In this document: piece by piece, positions 52,472-63,396 of the stretch
Position numbering within the stretch: position 1 is the stretch's first letter
Layout: every line of letters starts with the position of its first letter
From: Diadema antillarum
Lineage: Eukaryota
Assembly (NCBI RefSeq): GCF_040938485.1
Contig: NW_027271069.1
Coordinates: 992,001-1,056,000 of the forward strand
Length of the DNA stretch: 64,000 nucleotides
Direction: 5' to 3'
Notes under the pieces: model-generated
Databases searched by the model: none
What the model was told of the DNA's origin: nothing
What the model saw: only the letters and a program-made list of their open reading frames with translations
Position numbers and translations under genes: made by a program

Positions 52472-52714
52472 CCAGGCTAACTTGGCCCTATTTCAGACGA
52501 TTTACATGCAGTTCGTGATCGCCATACTTTATACGTAGACGAACGTTCATCTTGTATGAGCTCCAAAGAGGTTCTTAACCCATAACTTCGACCAGCCAGA
52601 ATGCGAAGCGATCCCATTGTACAACACTGTACAATCCAAAACAAAAATCCAAAAAGAAAACTCAGCCCCCTGATAAAGCGAGGCCAAGTTGTTGCCGAGT
52701 CCAAGTTAGCCTGG
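52472..52714. mobile_element. Possible small element with 14-bp perfect TIRs
   Basis: ccaggctaacttgg (52472-52485) / ccaagttagcctgg (52701-52714); no TSD found. Confidence 0.45.
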
Positions 52715-54188
52715 CCCCGTTCTGAGATTGAGACTTCAGCGAACCTTTTTGGTTAATATTTTGCATTTCCATCATTACCCAACGAATATCTTGTTATAAC
52801 AGCATTATTTCACACATTTCTTAGGCATAAGTGCACATTTTGGAGCAAAATTTAACAATTCTGCAAGTTTACTACCAGAACCATGTTTTACCTTTAAACA
52901 CTTTGAATTGATGCACTGGTCTTGTGATGTCTGGTTTACAAATGAAGAGCTTTAATGAAAAAAAAAAAAAAAAGATACTTGTATATCCACTTTCAGCTCA
53001 CCTGAGCCAAAGTGACCCATTGTGATCACTCTTCTTCTGGAGTCCATTGTCTGTTGTGCTTAAACATTTTCATCTTCTTCTTGAAAACCCCATGTACCAA
53101 ACTTGGCCAGTAGCATTCTTAGGAGGCCTTAATTGTTAATTTTCATCTCCTTATTTGTCGTGCCTGCAGTATTATATTGCAGCACCACAATCCCTCTCTT
53201 CTTTCTTATTTTAAAACAACAACAACAACAATCTTGGAACAGTCTCCCCACAAATATCCAATCAGCAGTTAACACAGATCAATTAAAAAAAAAAACTGTT
53301 GAAAATATATTTGTTCCAAAAGTAAGACCTCTTTATAGCTTGTACTTAATTCCACTGCTAGTGATCTGACAACTTTAAAGTCATTGTTTATTTGTTTTGC
53401 TTTGTCCTTTCTCTATTTTGTTTTGTTCCGTAAATATTGCTGATTTCTTGTATTTTGTTATTGTTGAAGTGCCTTGCGTCTGTTTAGAAAAAGTGCTATT
53501 GGTTATTATTATCATTGGACTGATTTTGCTTAATTTGTTGAAATTGACACCTTGCTCCCCCTGGGGGCCCCAAGGCGGCATGTTTTAATTATCTTGCGTA
53601 AATCGAAATTCGCATGAGTCAAAGGGTTTTCTCCGGTCACTTTGAATTTGATTTATAAAAGCGAGGTTGATAGTAGATATTGTTGATCGAGAAGGCAATT
53701 TTCCCCTTCTCCTTTTAAAATTCTTTCGTAAAGACAATTGCTCTTACTGCTCTTTGTTCCATTGAGCTAAATTGAAGTTCCTTCCGATCACTCGACCCAA
53801 TATGTGCGAGCCACTCAGTCGGTGAAATAACAAAATCCAATGAAAAGAGCGCATTGTCATTATTGAGAGTTGTCAGTTCATTGTCATCGGCGTCCATTGT
53901 ATGTGGGCCTATACTTGTACGATATGATGATACAACGAAGAATTTCCCAATATGTAATCATGGGTTCATCATCCTTGACCGGCATTTGATATACGTTTGT
54001 AAGACTATAGCTTTGTCAAGATATCATCTAACTCTCACGTCCATTACTCCTGGGCTTCACACAGCAATACTCAAAATGTTTTGCATACTTATGAATTTTC
54101 TTTGTTTTGCGATATAACGTTAATAATCATATATGGGCTGGTTTTCTTTCAAAATTTATAATCATATATTTCTGTTGGAGATAGAAAT

Positions 54189-54448
54189 GAATGAATGGAT
54201 GAATGAATGAATGAATGAATTACGTAATTAAGTAATTAATTAATTAATTAATGGATGGATGGACGAACGAATCAAACTTGTAGAAACATCGGTGGAATGC
54301 AGTATTATTCTTTTTGCATGCTGCTAAAGTATACTATTATGTACTAGAGGTATACTATTAACAGGACAGTGCAGCTGTAATGGATGACAGCGAATCTCAT
54401 CTCTTGAATAGGAGGTCTCGAGTGTATATATATATATATATATATATA
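54189..54448 (+). repeat. Compound (TGAA)/(TAAT)/(TGGA) tetranucleotide tract and (TA)n
   Basis: 54189-54265 and 54423-54448. Confidence 0.85.
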
Positions 54449-55768
54449 TTAAATGACTTTCATTCTTCCTTGAGCAATCCCTACACTTTTTAAAGGCGAT
54501 ATGACGTGGATTTATACATCTATTTAGGCCTGCAATGACCACTAAGTTTGAAAGTTAGGAAAATACCCAGACACAGGTTTCCAAAGTCGCTCGTGAAACA
54601 CTTCCATGTTCAAAGTTGCTTTAATCAAAGTAGTAAAATGAGACAAGCATAAGCATAAAAGTCTTTTGAATCGGGCACAAAGGCCCCGACAGTTCAAAAT
54701 GAAAATTCCCATGTTGTCATGAAAGAATGGTCCACCGAGACATGCAAAATTTAATGAGGTATAATGATGAAACATTATAATAGCGCCGTTTCACTGTAAA
54801 GTTGCCCGACAAAATACTGAATGTGCGATATGTTTGAGGCAGTGAATTTCTCCCTAGCGAGTACGAGCTGATCAGACTTTGATTCAATAAAATTAATGTC
54901 GCTTTTGACTCTGGCAGAAGACACATGACGTGTGTAAGGCTAGGCGACGACGGAATGTGGCTTTAGAATAGAAACCTTGAGCGACGAATGCGATGTATTG
55001 TCACATTGTTCGCATGGCAAATTAAGGCACGCGCGAACGATGCATCGAGGCTTTATAGCAGCGCGTTAATGACGCTGAAAGAATTCGAAGAGATATCCTA
55101 TCCTCTTTCATAATCATGTGTGACCGTGGACATCATATGACCTAACGGATATTACTCGATGGTCATTCTACACTCGGACTGATTTGAAGCTTAATTCGAA
55201 CTTCGGGAGAGAACAAGCACGCTTTCTGCCGAAATGTAAGTATCTGAAATCGTTACAGCAGATTGATGCTCGTAATTTATAGATTTCTTCAGCACTGAAT
55301 GTTTATCTTCTAAATCAAAACCACAAGTAAGATTTTCGAGATAGATGCTGACAAAAAAAAAAAAAAAAATGTGATCTTCATCCCTTTTCACTTCGATTTT
55401 GTTTGAACTCGACATGTGCGAAGGAACCAAATCGCTCTCAGGTTTACTGTGGCGGAATGAAATTGAAAAACGAAACTTGAATTGAGCTACACTTCACTTT
55501 ACATCAATAAGAAATAAAATAAAAAATAACACAAAAAAAAAAACTTGAGGGGTTGACCGACAATTGCCATCATTCCTAGCTCTCAAGAACATATAGTCCA
55601 TGTCTCAAAGTCTTCTTGTATAGAACGAATTTTCTTATAATTCTAAAAAATAAAAAAAGATAAAAAGGTGAGATAAATGTTGCAATTTATTAACTATCTC
55701 ACAGCGTCATTTTCAGCCACAAATAATGGATATTCAAATTCATGAAATTCTTCCGTCAAGGTGTTTTC

Positions 55769-55852
55769 ATTGCAACTGATTGACAAATTGTTATTTACGT
55801 TATTTAGTAGTTATTTACGTCGATGTAGGGCAATTTGTCAATCAATTGCAAT
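55769..55852. repeat. 84-bp hairpin mini-element (22-bp arms, 1 mismatch)
   Basis: attgcaactgattgacaaattg / caatttgtcaatcaattgcaat; a related right arm occurs at ~6352-6392. Confidence 0.65.
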
Positions 55853-56109
55853 AATGGATATGTTTGTTGCTTTGGTACGTTGGTGGTATACGGTTCGCTG
55901 GAAAACACAGCCTCTTATACGATGCGCAGTTTTCAGATTATCTAGCAGTACAATAATTGCCAAGTCAATTCAGACACGGTTAGGCAACGGGCATATAATT
56001 GCAATGTCGATCTTCATAAAAGGAATATGTATCATTGGTGGAGATAATTCAAGGATTGATCTTTTAACTTTTGGCGGGATACTTGTACCACTTGTAAAAT
56101 GTTACAGAC

Positions 56110-56350
56110 TATATCATTCTGAGAGGAATTCAAAGTTTATTATTTTGATGAATGTCGGATTTGAACTGGCCGAGATATCCCAAACAAAGCAAAAGAAAGT
56201 GTTCCTATGTGAGTCCCATTTGTTGAAAGGATTACTTTGTTTATGATATCTCAGCCATTTCCCACCAATTTTCATCAAATAGATGTCGGATTCCTCTTGG
56301 AATTACAATGTAGCTTATATTTCATTTAAGGGGTTTCTTATTATCTCATC
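56110..56350. mobile_element. Diverged internal fragment of the 7483-7874 MITE family
   Basis: ggccgagatatcccaaacaaag...gatatctcagccatt...ttttcatcaaata. Confidence 0.6.
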
Positions 56351-56634
56351 AAAAAATTTAGAAACTTGAAGACAAGTGTCAACCAAAATCTTTACCATCT
56401 CTTGAACGCATCGGCGAGTCTGTTGGTTTGACAAGTCAAGAAAGATGTCTCCGATTGACAATCGATAAATTAATTGCAAATCAAAAACCCCAACACAAAT
56501 TTCCTGTATGATTTTATATTGATACTGATACACGATTACATGAAGCATCGAGATGGGTACGAATAATGAAACAAGCATAAACCTTTTAGAAAGGTCGTCA
56601 TTATTATTTCTCCCGCTTAGATCCCCACAGAAAG

Positions 56635-56701
56635 ATGAATGATCCACGGCTTATCTTCGTGCTGCTGTTTGTCTCTGGAATTCCTATGGGAATCGAGAGT
56701 G
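56635..56701 (+). CDS. Lectin-PAN gene coding exon 1 (signal peptide)
   Basis: Hydrophobic core LIFVLLFVSG; perfect gtgagt donor in phase 1; preceded by acceptor-like cttag/cacag, suggesting an upstream UTR exon. Confidence 0.75.
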
Positions 56702-57741
56702 GTGAGTTTTCTCTTTACCCTCGACAGCTTCCTTGTCACTCTTTCCTTCTTTGTTTATCATTTTTATTTTTGTTGTTGTTATCATTATTATTACCATCAT
56801 CATCAATCATCATTATTATTATAATTATTATTATCATCATCATTGTTATTGGACTAGTATATTTTGCTTTAGATTCCCAATATATCACAATCTCACACNN
56901 NNNNNNNNNNNNNNNNNNNNNNNNNNNNNNNNNNNNNNNNNNNNNNNNNNNNNNNNNNNNNNNNNNNNNNNNNNNNNNNNNNNNNNNNNNNNNNNNNNNN
57001 NNNNNNNNNNNNNNNNNNNNNNNNNNNNNNNNNNNNNACTTTCCACGTGTTGGACTCCGAATGTTGTAATTATAAAAAGAAAGAGTCTCAAATACGCCAT
57101 GGATCCAACGAGAATTTTTTTTTATTACAAAATTTTCGGTCTGTGGCAGACCGAAAATTTTGTAATAAAAAAACTTCTCGTTGGATCCATGGCGTATTTG
57201 AGACTCTTTCTTCTTATAATTATATGACTTTTGCTCCTGCGACACTTGTCACTCGTTATCCAGTTAACAGAGGGGATAGCATTTCAATAAAACTTGGTGT
57301 GAAAAACAAACAAAGGATGAAACCAAAAAACTTACAGAAAAGTTGGTTTCTCATTCTACAAACCAAAAACTCTGTGATCCGCGACAATGTTGACGCAAGC
57401 AAGCTGATGAGCTTCTTTCTATGATGTAGTTAGCATTTCACAAGAATAAACCATGTATTCTTGACGTAGCTGACCTTTTACTTCGGTTTAGCTTTCTTTA
57501 ACACACTGTAGATCCAGGGGCATCTATGGCTGTGATCAACGACAAACATATTATATCAATCTTAAGTAGGAAATTTGTTACCCCCACCTGACCTTATCTC
57601 TCAGAGAGTATGCGAAAGACTAAGCGAAAGGTTTATCACTATAGTTCTGCTAAGAAAATTTTTGATGTCGGGGTACCGTAAAGGTTCAAAGGCCTTAGAT
57701 TCAAATGTATCATTACTTCCATGACCTGATGGAGTCCTAGG

Positions 57742-57779
<38 letters not shown>

Positions 57780-57780
57780 G

Positions 57781-57814
<34 letters not shown>

Positions 57815-59538
57815 TATATTCTCTGTTCTTTGTAAGGGCAAATGATAAATTTCACAGTAAAGATATGGAAGTTATGATAACTTGTCGTATAGATACGATT
57901 ATATTCATAAAGAATTCCGTAGGATCTATAGACATGGAACCCTTGTATAGCATTGCAAATCCTCGAGATAATACTCACTATGGAATCCTAATTACCGTAG
58001 AAAGTGCGATAATGTCGGATTCTTTTAATTGTTCTTGTGAATTAAGAGACATCACTTGTCGAATAAGATTTGATTACTTTTTTCAGTATTCTATTTCAAT
58101 TATGAGAGTGAGACATGGAAATACATGTATTTCTCGGTTGCGAGTTTCTTCACCATTTCTCCCTCTACATCTTTGTTAATTTACAGATCAGCAGTTGCGA
58201 TCTTAACATATTTAATTTGTAGAGGGAGACAAAGTGAAGAAACTCGCACCTGAACCTTCACCTCTCTGAATAACATTTTTTTTTCACGTGTATTTTTGTT
58301 CCGATTGACCAGTGTGTCCTTCGAATTACAACCAATGGAACGGGGCGTGCTACAGTCTGCGTGGGCTGCAGACTCCGTCTACCTTCCCCGACGCGGAGGA
58401 CTCGTGCGAGCTCGACGGTGCTCATCTCGCATCGATCACCAGCTCGGACGAGATGGACTACGTCGTATCCTTGATGGCTGCCAGTAGCTCTCCTGAGGCG
58501 TCGGACTCCTGGATGGGACTGACCAAGGATGGCACTGGGTCTTGGAGATGGACGGACGGGTCTCCCGTAACCTTTACTGACTGGGGATTATTAGGGCAGG
58601 ACCAAGGGGCCGAGTGTGCGCGCATCAGCAAAGGTCTTTTCGGAGGCTACAATTGGCAAGACCAGCACTGCACAGAGACGTTTTCATATGTATGCAAAAC
58701 TGATGTATCGACTACAAGTGCCGGTAAGGCAATTACTTTGTTTCTGGGTCTCTCCTTTCTTTCTCTTCATCCGTCCCTATCGTAACCTTTCTCCGACCTT
58801 CTTGTCTCGATTGCTGTCTATGCAGGCCTATCTTGTGTAATTAAGTCTGTGTTTTTCTCTCATTCTTGTCTTCCTGTGTAGTACGCTCCGTGATGGTACT
58901 ATCGTCCTTTTAATTCAATTTTGTCATTTCTCGTAGGGAGTGACTTCCACAGTCAAATTTGATAGATGGCCTACTGACAATGACGGACTGGTCCCTTTTG
59001 TGTTCGCGGTACACGTGAACATTGATATTTCACACGACTTAGGCGCATTCGTCAGAGGGACTAATTATGTGTAGTAATGAACTGCAAGCCATTATCGGTG
59101 ACGGAGACAATAGGGACGCCAAACAGAAAGATCGAACTTTACCGCTGATGGCTGTATGAAAAGTTATAATCCACTCAATCATATACATCGTCCGATAATA
59201 ATGCATTAATAAGCCTCGACTTTGGGATAATGGGCTTAGATAATTGGGCGGGGTCTATTTACTTTTGAATAGCCTACTGCACGAATGATACAGGACGATC
59301 GAATTCCACAGTTCTCATATCTCCCATTTTTAAATTTGCAGATAGCGACGGAAATTTTTCATATTCTTTTGTGCATTATATGCACTGAGCACGAAAGATT
59401 TAATAAAATCTGATGCAAAAAAAAATGCACTCGAAGCCAAATGTGACTATTTAAATGGTGTCGTGCGCTATATACTCTACAAAGTTCTTGGCTGCTCTTT
59501 CCCTCTATCATTTACCTTTCTCGTTCTTCCAATACCGT

Positions 59539-59573
<35 letters not shown>

Positions 59574-60164
59574 TTCTTCCTTTCAAACAACAACAACTTC
59601 CAATGACCCTAATTTGTCATCAATTAGTCTAAAACTGACTATTCACAGCAAATTTTGACATTTTACTCTCTGGAGACAAAAAAAAAAAAAACATGTATCA
59701 TAACAGTCTGGAAATTCTAATTTAATGAAGTCAATACAAGTTTAAACATTTCTGGCTCTTATAGTATGTATCGATTTTTTTTATTTGAATTTGAATTTGA
59801 TCAGACTTGTCATATTGCGATAATTTTGTTGACTTGTTTCTCAGCAACAGAACCGATTCCGTCGACTGCTTGGACAACATCATCACCAAGTTCGTCTTCC
59901 ACTGATGTTCGGAGACATTTCCGTGAGAATTCCTTCACGTTACTCAAACGACGTATAACAGTTCATCCTGCACTTGTGACGTCATTGCGCACTTCACAGA
60001 GTGTGGCGCACTGCGCAGGTCACTGCAGTAAGATGTCAGACTGTACCCTATTTGCATATCGGTCGACCAATCATGAATGTGTGGTTCTGACTGCGGCTGG
60101 AGATCAAAGTGAACCGATAGCTGACGAAAATTCAAATTATTACGCCCTCTACCGGAGAGAATAG
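56635..60164 (+). CDS. Secreted C-type lectin domain + PAN/Apple domain protein (265 aa), spliced
   Basis: Exons 56635-56701 (MNDPRLIFVLLFVSGIPMGIES, signal-peptide-like, G|gtgagt), 58313-58723 (long-form CTLD with 6 Cys and WMGL motif, |gtaagg) and 59845-60164 (S/T linker, C-x3-C-x5-C-x11-C PAN core, terminal NYY, TAG). All introns are phase 1, giving a 798-nt ORF. Confidence 0.85.
56899..57037. other. Assembly gap (139 N) in intron 1 of the lectin-PAN gene
   Basis: Run of n. Confidence 0.99.
57067..57222. repeat. Near-perfect 156-bp palindrome (about 77-bp arms, 3-nt loop)
   Basis: taattataaaaagaaagagtctcaaatacgccatggatccaacgagaa..cggtctg TGG cagaccg..ttctcgttggatccatggcgtatttgagactctttcttcttataatta. 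Confidence 0.9.
57744..57819 (+). repeat. (TA)n microsatellite
   Basis: Visible directly. Confidence 0.95.
58313..58723 (+). CDS. Lectin-PAN gene exon 2 (C-type lectin domain)
   Basis: CPSNYNQWNGACY...AEDSCELDGAHLASITSSDEMDYV...WMGL...WRWTDGS...W...EC...WQDQHC...YVCK. Confidence 0.93.
59845..60164 (+). CDS. Lectin-PAN gene exon 3 (Ser/Thr linker + PAN/Apple domain, stop)
   Basis: ttgtttctcag| acceptor (alternative CAG 6 nt downstream); SVAHCAGHCSKMSDCTLFAYRSTNHECVV..NYY fits the PAN_1 pattern. Confidence 0.82.
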
Positions 60165-60302
60165 GTTGCAAGCCAGAGCTGCCAAACTCGTTCATTTCTT
60201 TCTTTCTTTCTTTCTTTTTTTTTTTTTTTGGTTTTTTTTTTTTGTTTTGTTTTGTTTTGTTTCGGGTGTTTTTTTTTATTTTATTCTCTCTCTCTCAAAA
60301 AC

Positions 60303-60560
60303 ACCTCGGCATTGATGGGGATGTGTTTAGCTGGATTGAGGGTTTTCTCTGACAGGATGCAAAGGGTCATTGTCCGTGGTGAGGCTTCTTCGTGAAGGGC
60401 AGTCCGGTAGTGGTGTTCCACAGGGAAGTGTTCTAGGGCCTATACTGTTCCTAATATTTGTGAATGCTATTTCTGAAGATGTCGACTGTAATAATGAGAC
60501 TGTTTGCAGACGACGTCAAATGCTGGCAGTCAATTAGTGATCCCGGTGAATGAACTCAAT
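60303..60560 (+). mobile_element. CR1-type LINE reverse-transcriptase fragment (decayed)
   Basis: Encodes LGIDGDVFSWIE, SGVPQGSVLGPILFLIFVN (from 60409) and LFADD (60500-60514), with stops and frameshifts. Confidence 0.85.
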
Positions 60561-60747
60561 TTCAAACCTGTATGACGTCACTGTGATGCGAATCGTTTTG
60601 TTGGCTACCACAAATATGTCTGTAAATTACGAATTAAGCAATGTAATTCGTAGTCTGTTGATGTATTTTTTTTCAAAGGTTGATGTAAAAGGGCGTGATT
60701 TTATATGTATCTCACATTTACTGACACTGGTAAATATACTACCAATG

Positions 60748-60767
60748 AATAAAAGCTATTAAATAAA
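60748..60767 (+). terminator. Candidate polyadenylation signal cluster for the lectin-PAN gene
   Basis: AATAAA at 60748, ATTAAA at 60758 and AATAAA at 60762, about 600 nt after the stop. Confidence 0.4.
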
Positions 60768-60939
60768 CGTTTGGCGTTTCATTAAAGGAATCGAATTCGT
60801 GCTGAAAAATCCACATCACATCCGTCCAGCAAAATTATATCATTGTCCTTGTAAATTGCCGAGAGTATAATCATGATGTACGCTGTACAAATGGGCGAAT
60901 TGCTCTACTCTATTCTAGCAGTACATGACGATTGTATTA

Positions 60940-63066
60940 AAATAGTTTGATATGGTATAATGAAGAAATTGCTAGTGCGAAACTGCGTCGAAGGCAATTA
61001 GAACGAAAATGGAGGAAATCGTTGTTAGAGATTGATAGGCAGTTGTATTGTAAACAACGTCAGTATGTCCGTTCCCTACTCAGGAGAGCGAAAACTGAAT
61101 ATCACGCCAAACAAGTTAATTACTGTGGAAAAGACACAAAGAAACTCTTTCAAGTTGTAAACAAGCTTCTTGGCAGAAAACAGACATCCCCTCTAATTGA
61201 GCATGATTCTGACAAAGAATTGGCAAACCAGTTTAATCAGTTTTTCTTAGATAAGATAGCGAATATACGCTTCTCCTTACCATGTGTCCATGAAGCTGAA
61301 GTTGCAACTACTTCAAAATTAGACTCACTAAATCCAGCCACTGTAACTGAGGTTAAGAATATGATTATGAAGTCTCCAAATAAGTCATGTGAATTAGACC
61401 CTTTTTGTACAGATCTGATTAAAAAGTGTGAATCAGTTACGGCCCCTGCCACTACGAGCATAATAAATGGCAGTTTTGCAACAGGTGTTGTGCCAAACGA
61501 TTGAAAACAGCGGTGATATTTCCAACCCTCAAAAGACCTAATTTAGATAAGAACATTTTACACAATTATCGACCAATAATATTTCAAATCTGCCATTTGT
61601 TAGCAAAGTTATGGAACGTGTTTCTTTCTCACGCCTACGAGACAGCTTGCAGGAGAATGAGTTTCTTGACAGCCACCAATCAGCGTATCGCCCTGATCAT
61701 AGTGTAGATACATTTACTGACCTAACTGATCAAAGTTTGAGACAGATGGATGCTGGGAATACCACTGCAATTGTTTTACTTGATATGTCGGCAGCTTTTG
61801 ATACTGTGGACCATTCCATTCTCATCCAGACTCTCAGATCTGTAGGTGTCACAGGTCTTGCATTAGAGTGATTTCAATCTTACCAGCCGTTCACAATATT
61901 ACCAGATCAATGACAGTAGCTCTGATCCGGCTGCACTTACTCGCAGTGTGCAGTAAGGACCACATCTGTTCTCTCGGTTTGTTTGTTTGTTGGTTTTTTT
62001 TTTTAAAGGATTAGGTACATTTTTGAAAGGCACAACATTCAGTATGACTGTTATGCAGATGATATACAAATATTTGTGTCTTTTTCACCAACCAGGATTG
62101 AACTCTATGAAGCTTTAAAACGATTAGAATTATGTATCGATGATGTTAAGGCATGGATGGAAAGAAATGGTCTGAAATTTAACGACAGTAAGTCAGAATT
62201 TATTCTGATAGGATCCAAACAATTAATGTTGTCTAAAATGAATTCTGATACGTGTTATGTAAGAATTGGCAATAGTAATATCAAGCCTTCGAACAAAGTT
62301 CGTAATCTTGGTGTTGTTTTTTATGCAAATCTGACATTCAAAGACCATATTTCATATGTATCCCAACCTGTAAGATTTCATTTGCGTAACCTGGGCTAAA
62401 TTCGGAGATATCTAACTAGATCAGCAGCAGAAAAAACTGATGCATGCTCTTATTTCGTCCTCGCCTAGATTTCTGCAATGCTCTGTTTTGCAGCCTTCCA
62501 CAAAATAAACTGCAACGTCTTCAAAATTGTGCCGCTAGATTACTTACTTTCACGAAGAAAACTACGTACTACCCCATTACTTCGGTCCCTACACTGGCTT
62601 CCTGTAGAAAAACGTATTAACTTCAAGATTCTTCTTCTTGTGTACCGTACATTGCACTAATTTGCCCCTGCCTAATTTCAAAATACTCTTTTTCTTCACC
62701 AATCACCACGAAATCTCCGTTCATCGAATATGCAAAAATTACAGGTACCTCGAATGAAGCATAGTTGGGGGATCGTGCTTTTTCATACATGGGCCCAAAA
62801 CTTTGGAATAGCCTGCCAAAATCTCTTCGACAAACATCTTCTGTTGATGGTTTTAAAAAGAACATCAAGACCTACCTTTTTGATTTAAATTGACAATTTT
62901 TTACCTTATGTATATGTGTACGTATATTGTTTGTTTCCTTATTATTTCCTTATTATCTTCTGTGATCTTCTCTGACATTATATATAATCTCTTCTACAGC
63001 GCCATGAGTATCTTTTTGCGTAGAATGAACGCTTTATAAGAATCTCTTTGTTATTATTACTATCAT
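60940..63066 (+). mobile_element. 5'-truncated, decayed L2/Crack/CR1-clade non-LTR retrotransposon (ORF2 pseudogene)
   Basis: WYNEEIASAKLRRRQLERKWRK, KSCELDP, NYRPI, QSAYRPDHS, LLDMSAAFDTVDHSIL, YADD (62052-62063), VRNLGV, LHWLPVEKRINFKILLL, KTYLF; multiple stops and frameshifts; ends ...cgctttataag...ttattattact. Confidence 0.92.
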
Positions 63067-63396
63067 ATTTTTATAGCATCTTTTCCACTGGATACAAGGC
63101 GCTTAAATGTGTGATATAAAACCAATTTTCGATATCGTTTTTATCCGTCTACTTCACAATGTTGTACTACACACGAGCGCAACACTCTAAAATCGATTAT
63201 CTTAATGCTCCTGGAGTGATAACAGAATTATAGGAAGCCTGTAATCAGGAAAAAGAAAGGTTAATGATTCAGCAACTAAGAACGAGTCTCCGTTGTATGA
63301 AAGTTTACATGAAAAAGATATATTAAAAGATTTATTAATGAAAAATATTTTTGAATCAATGCCATGTGAATCGTCACTTATAACCCCATTCTACAG

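Noticed and set aside
53590-54120. Minus-strand peptide-like fragments (MDADDNELTT...)
   Set aside because: Short, interrupted by stops, no recognisable family.
55761-56246. 161-aa ORF upstream of the lectin gene
   Set aside because: Spans a hairpin mini-element and a MITE fragment; no coding signature.
56733-57424. Long ORFs across the N gap
   Set aside because: Artefacts of Ns, (ATT/ATC)n repeats and the palindrome.
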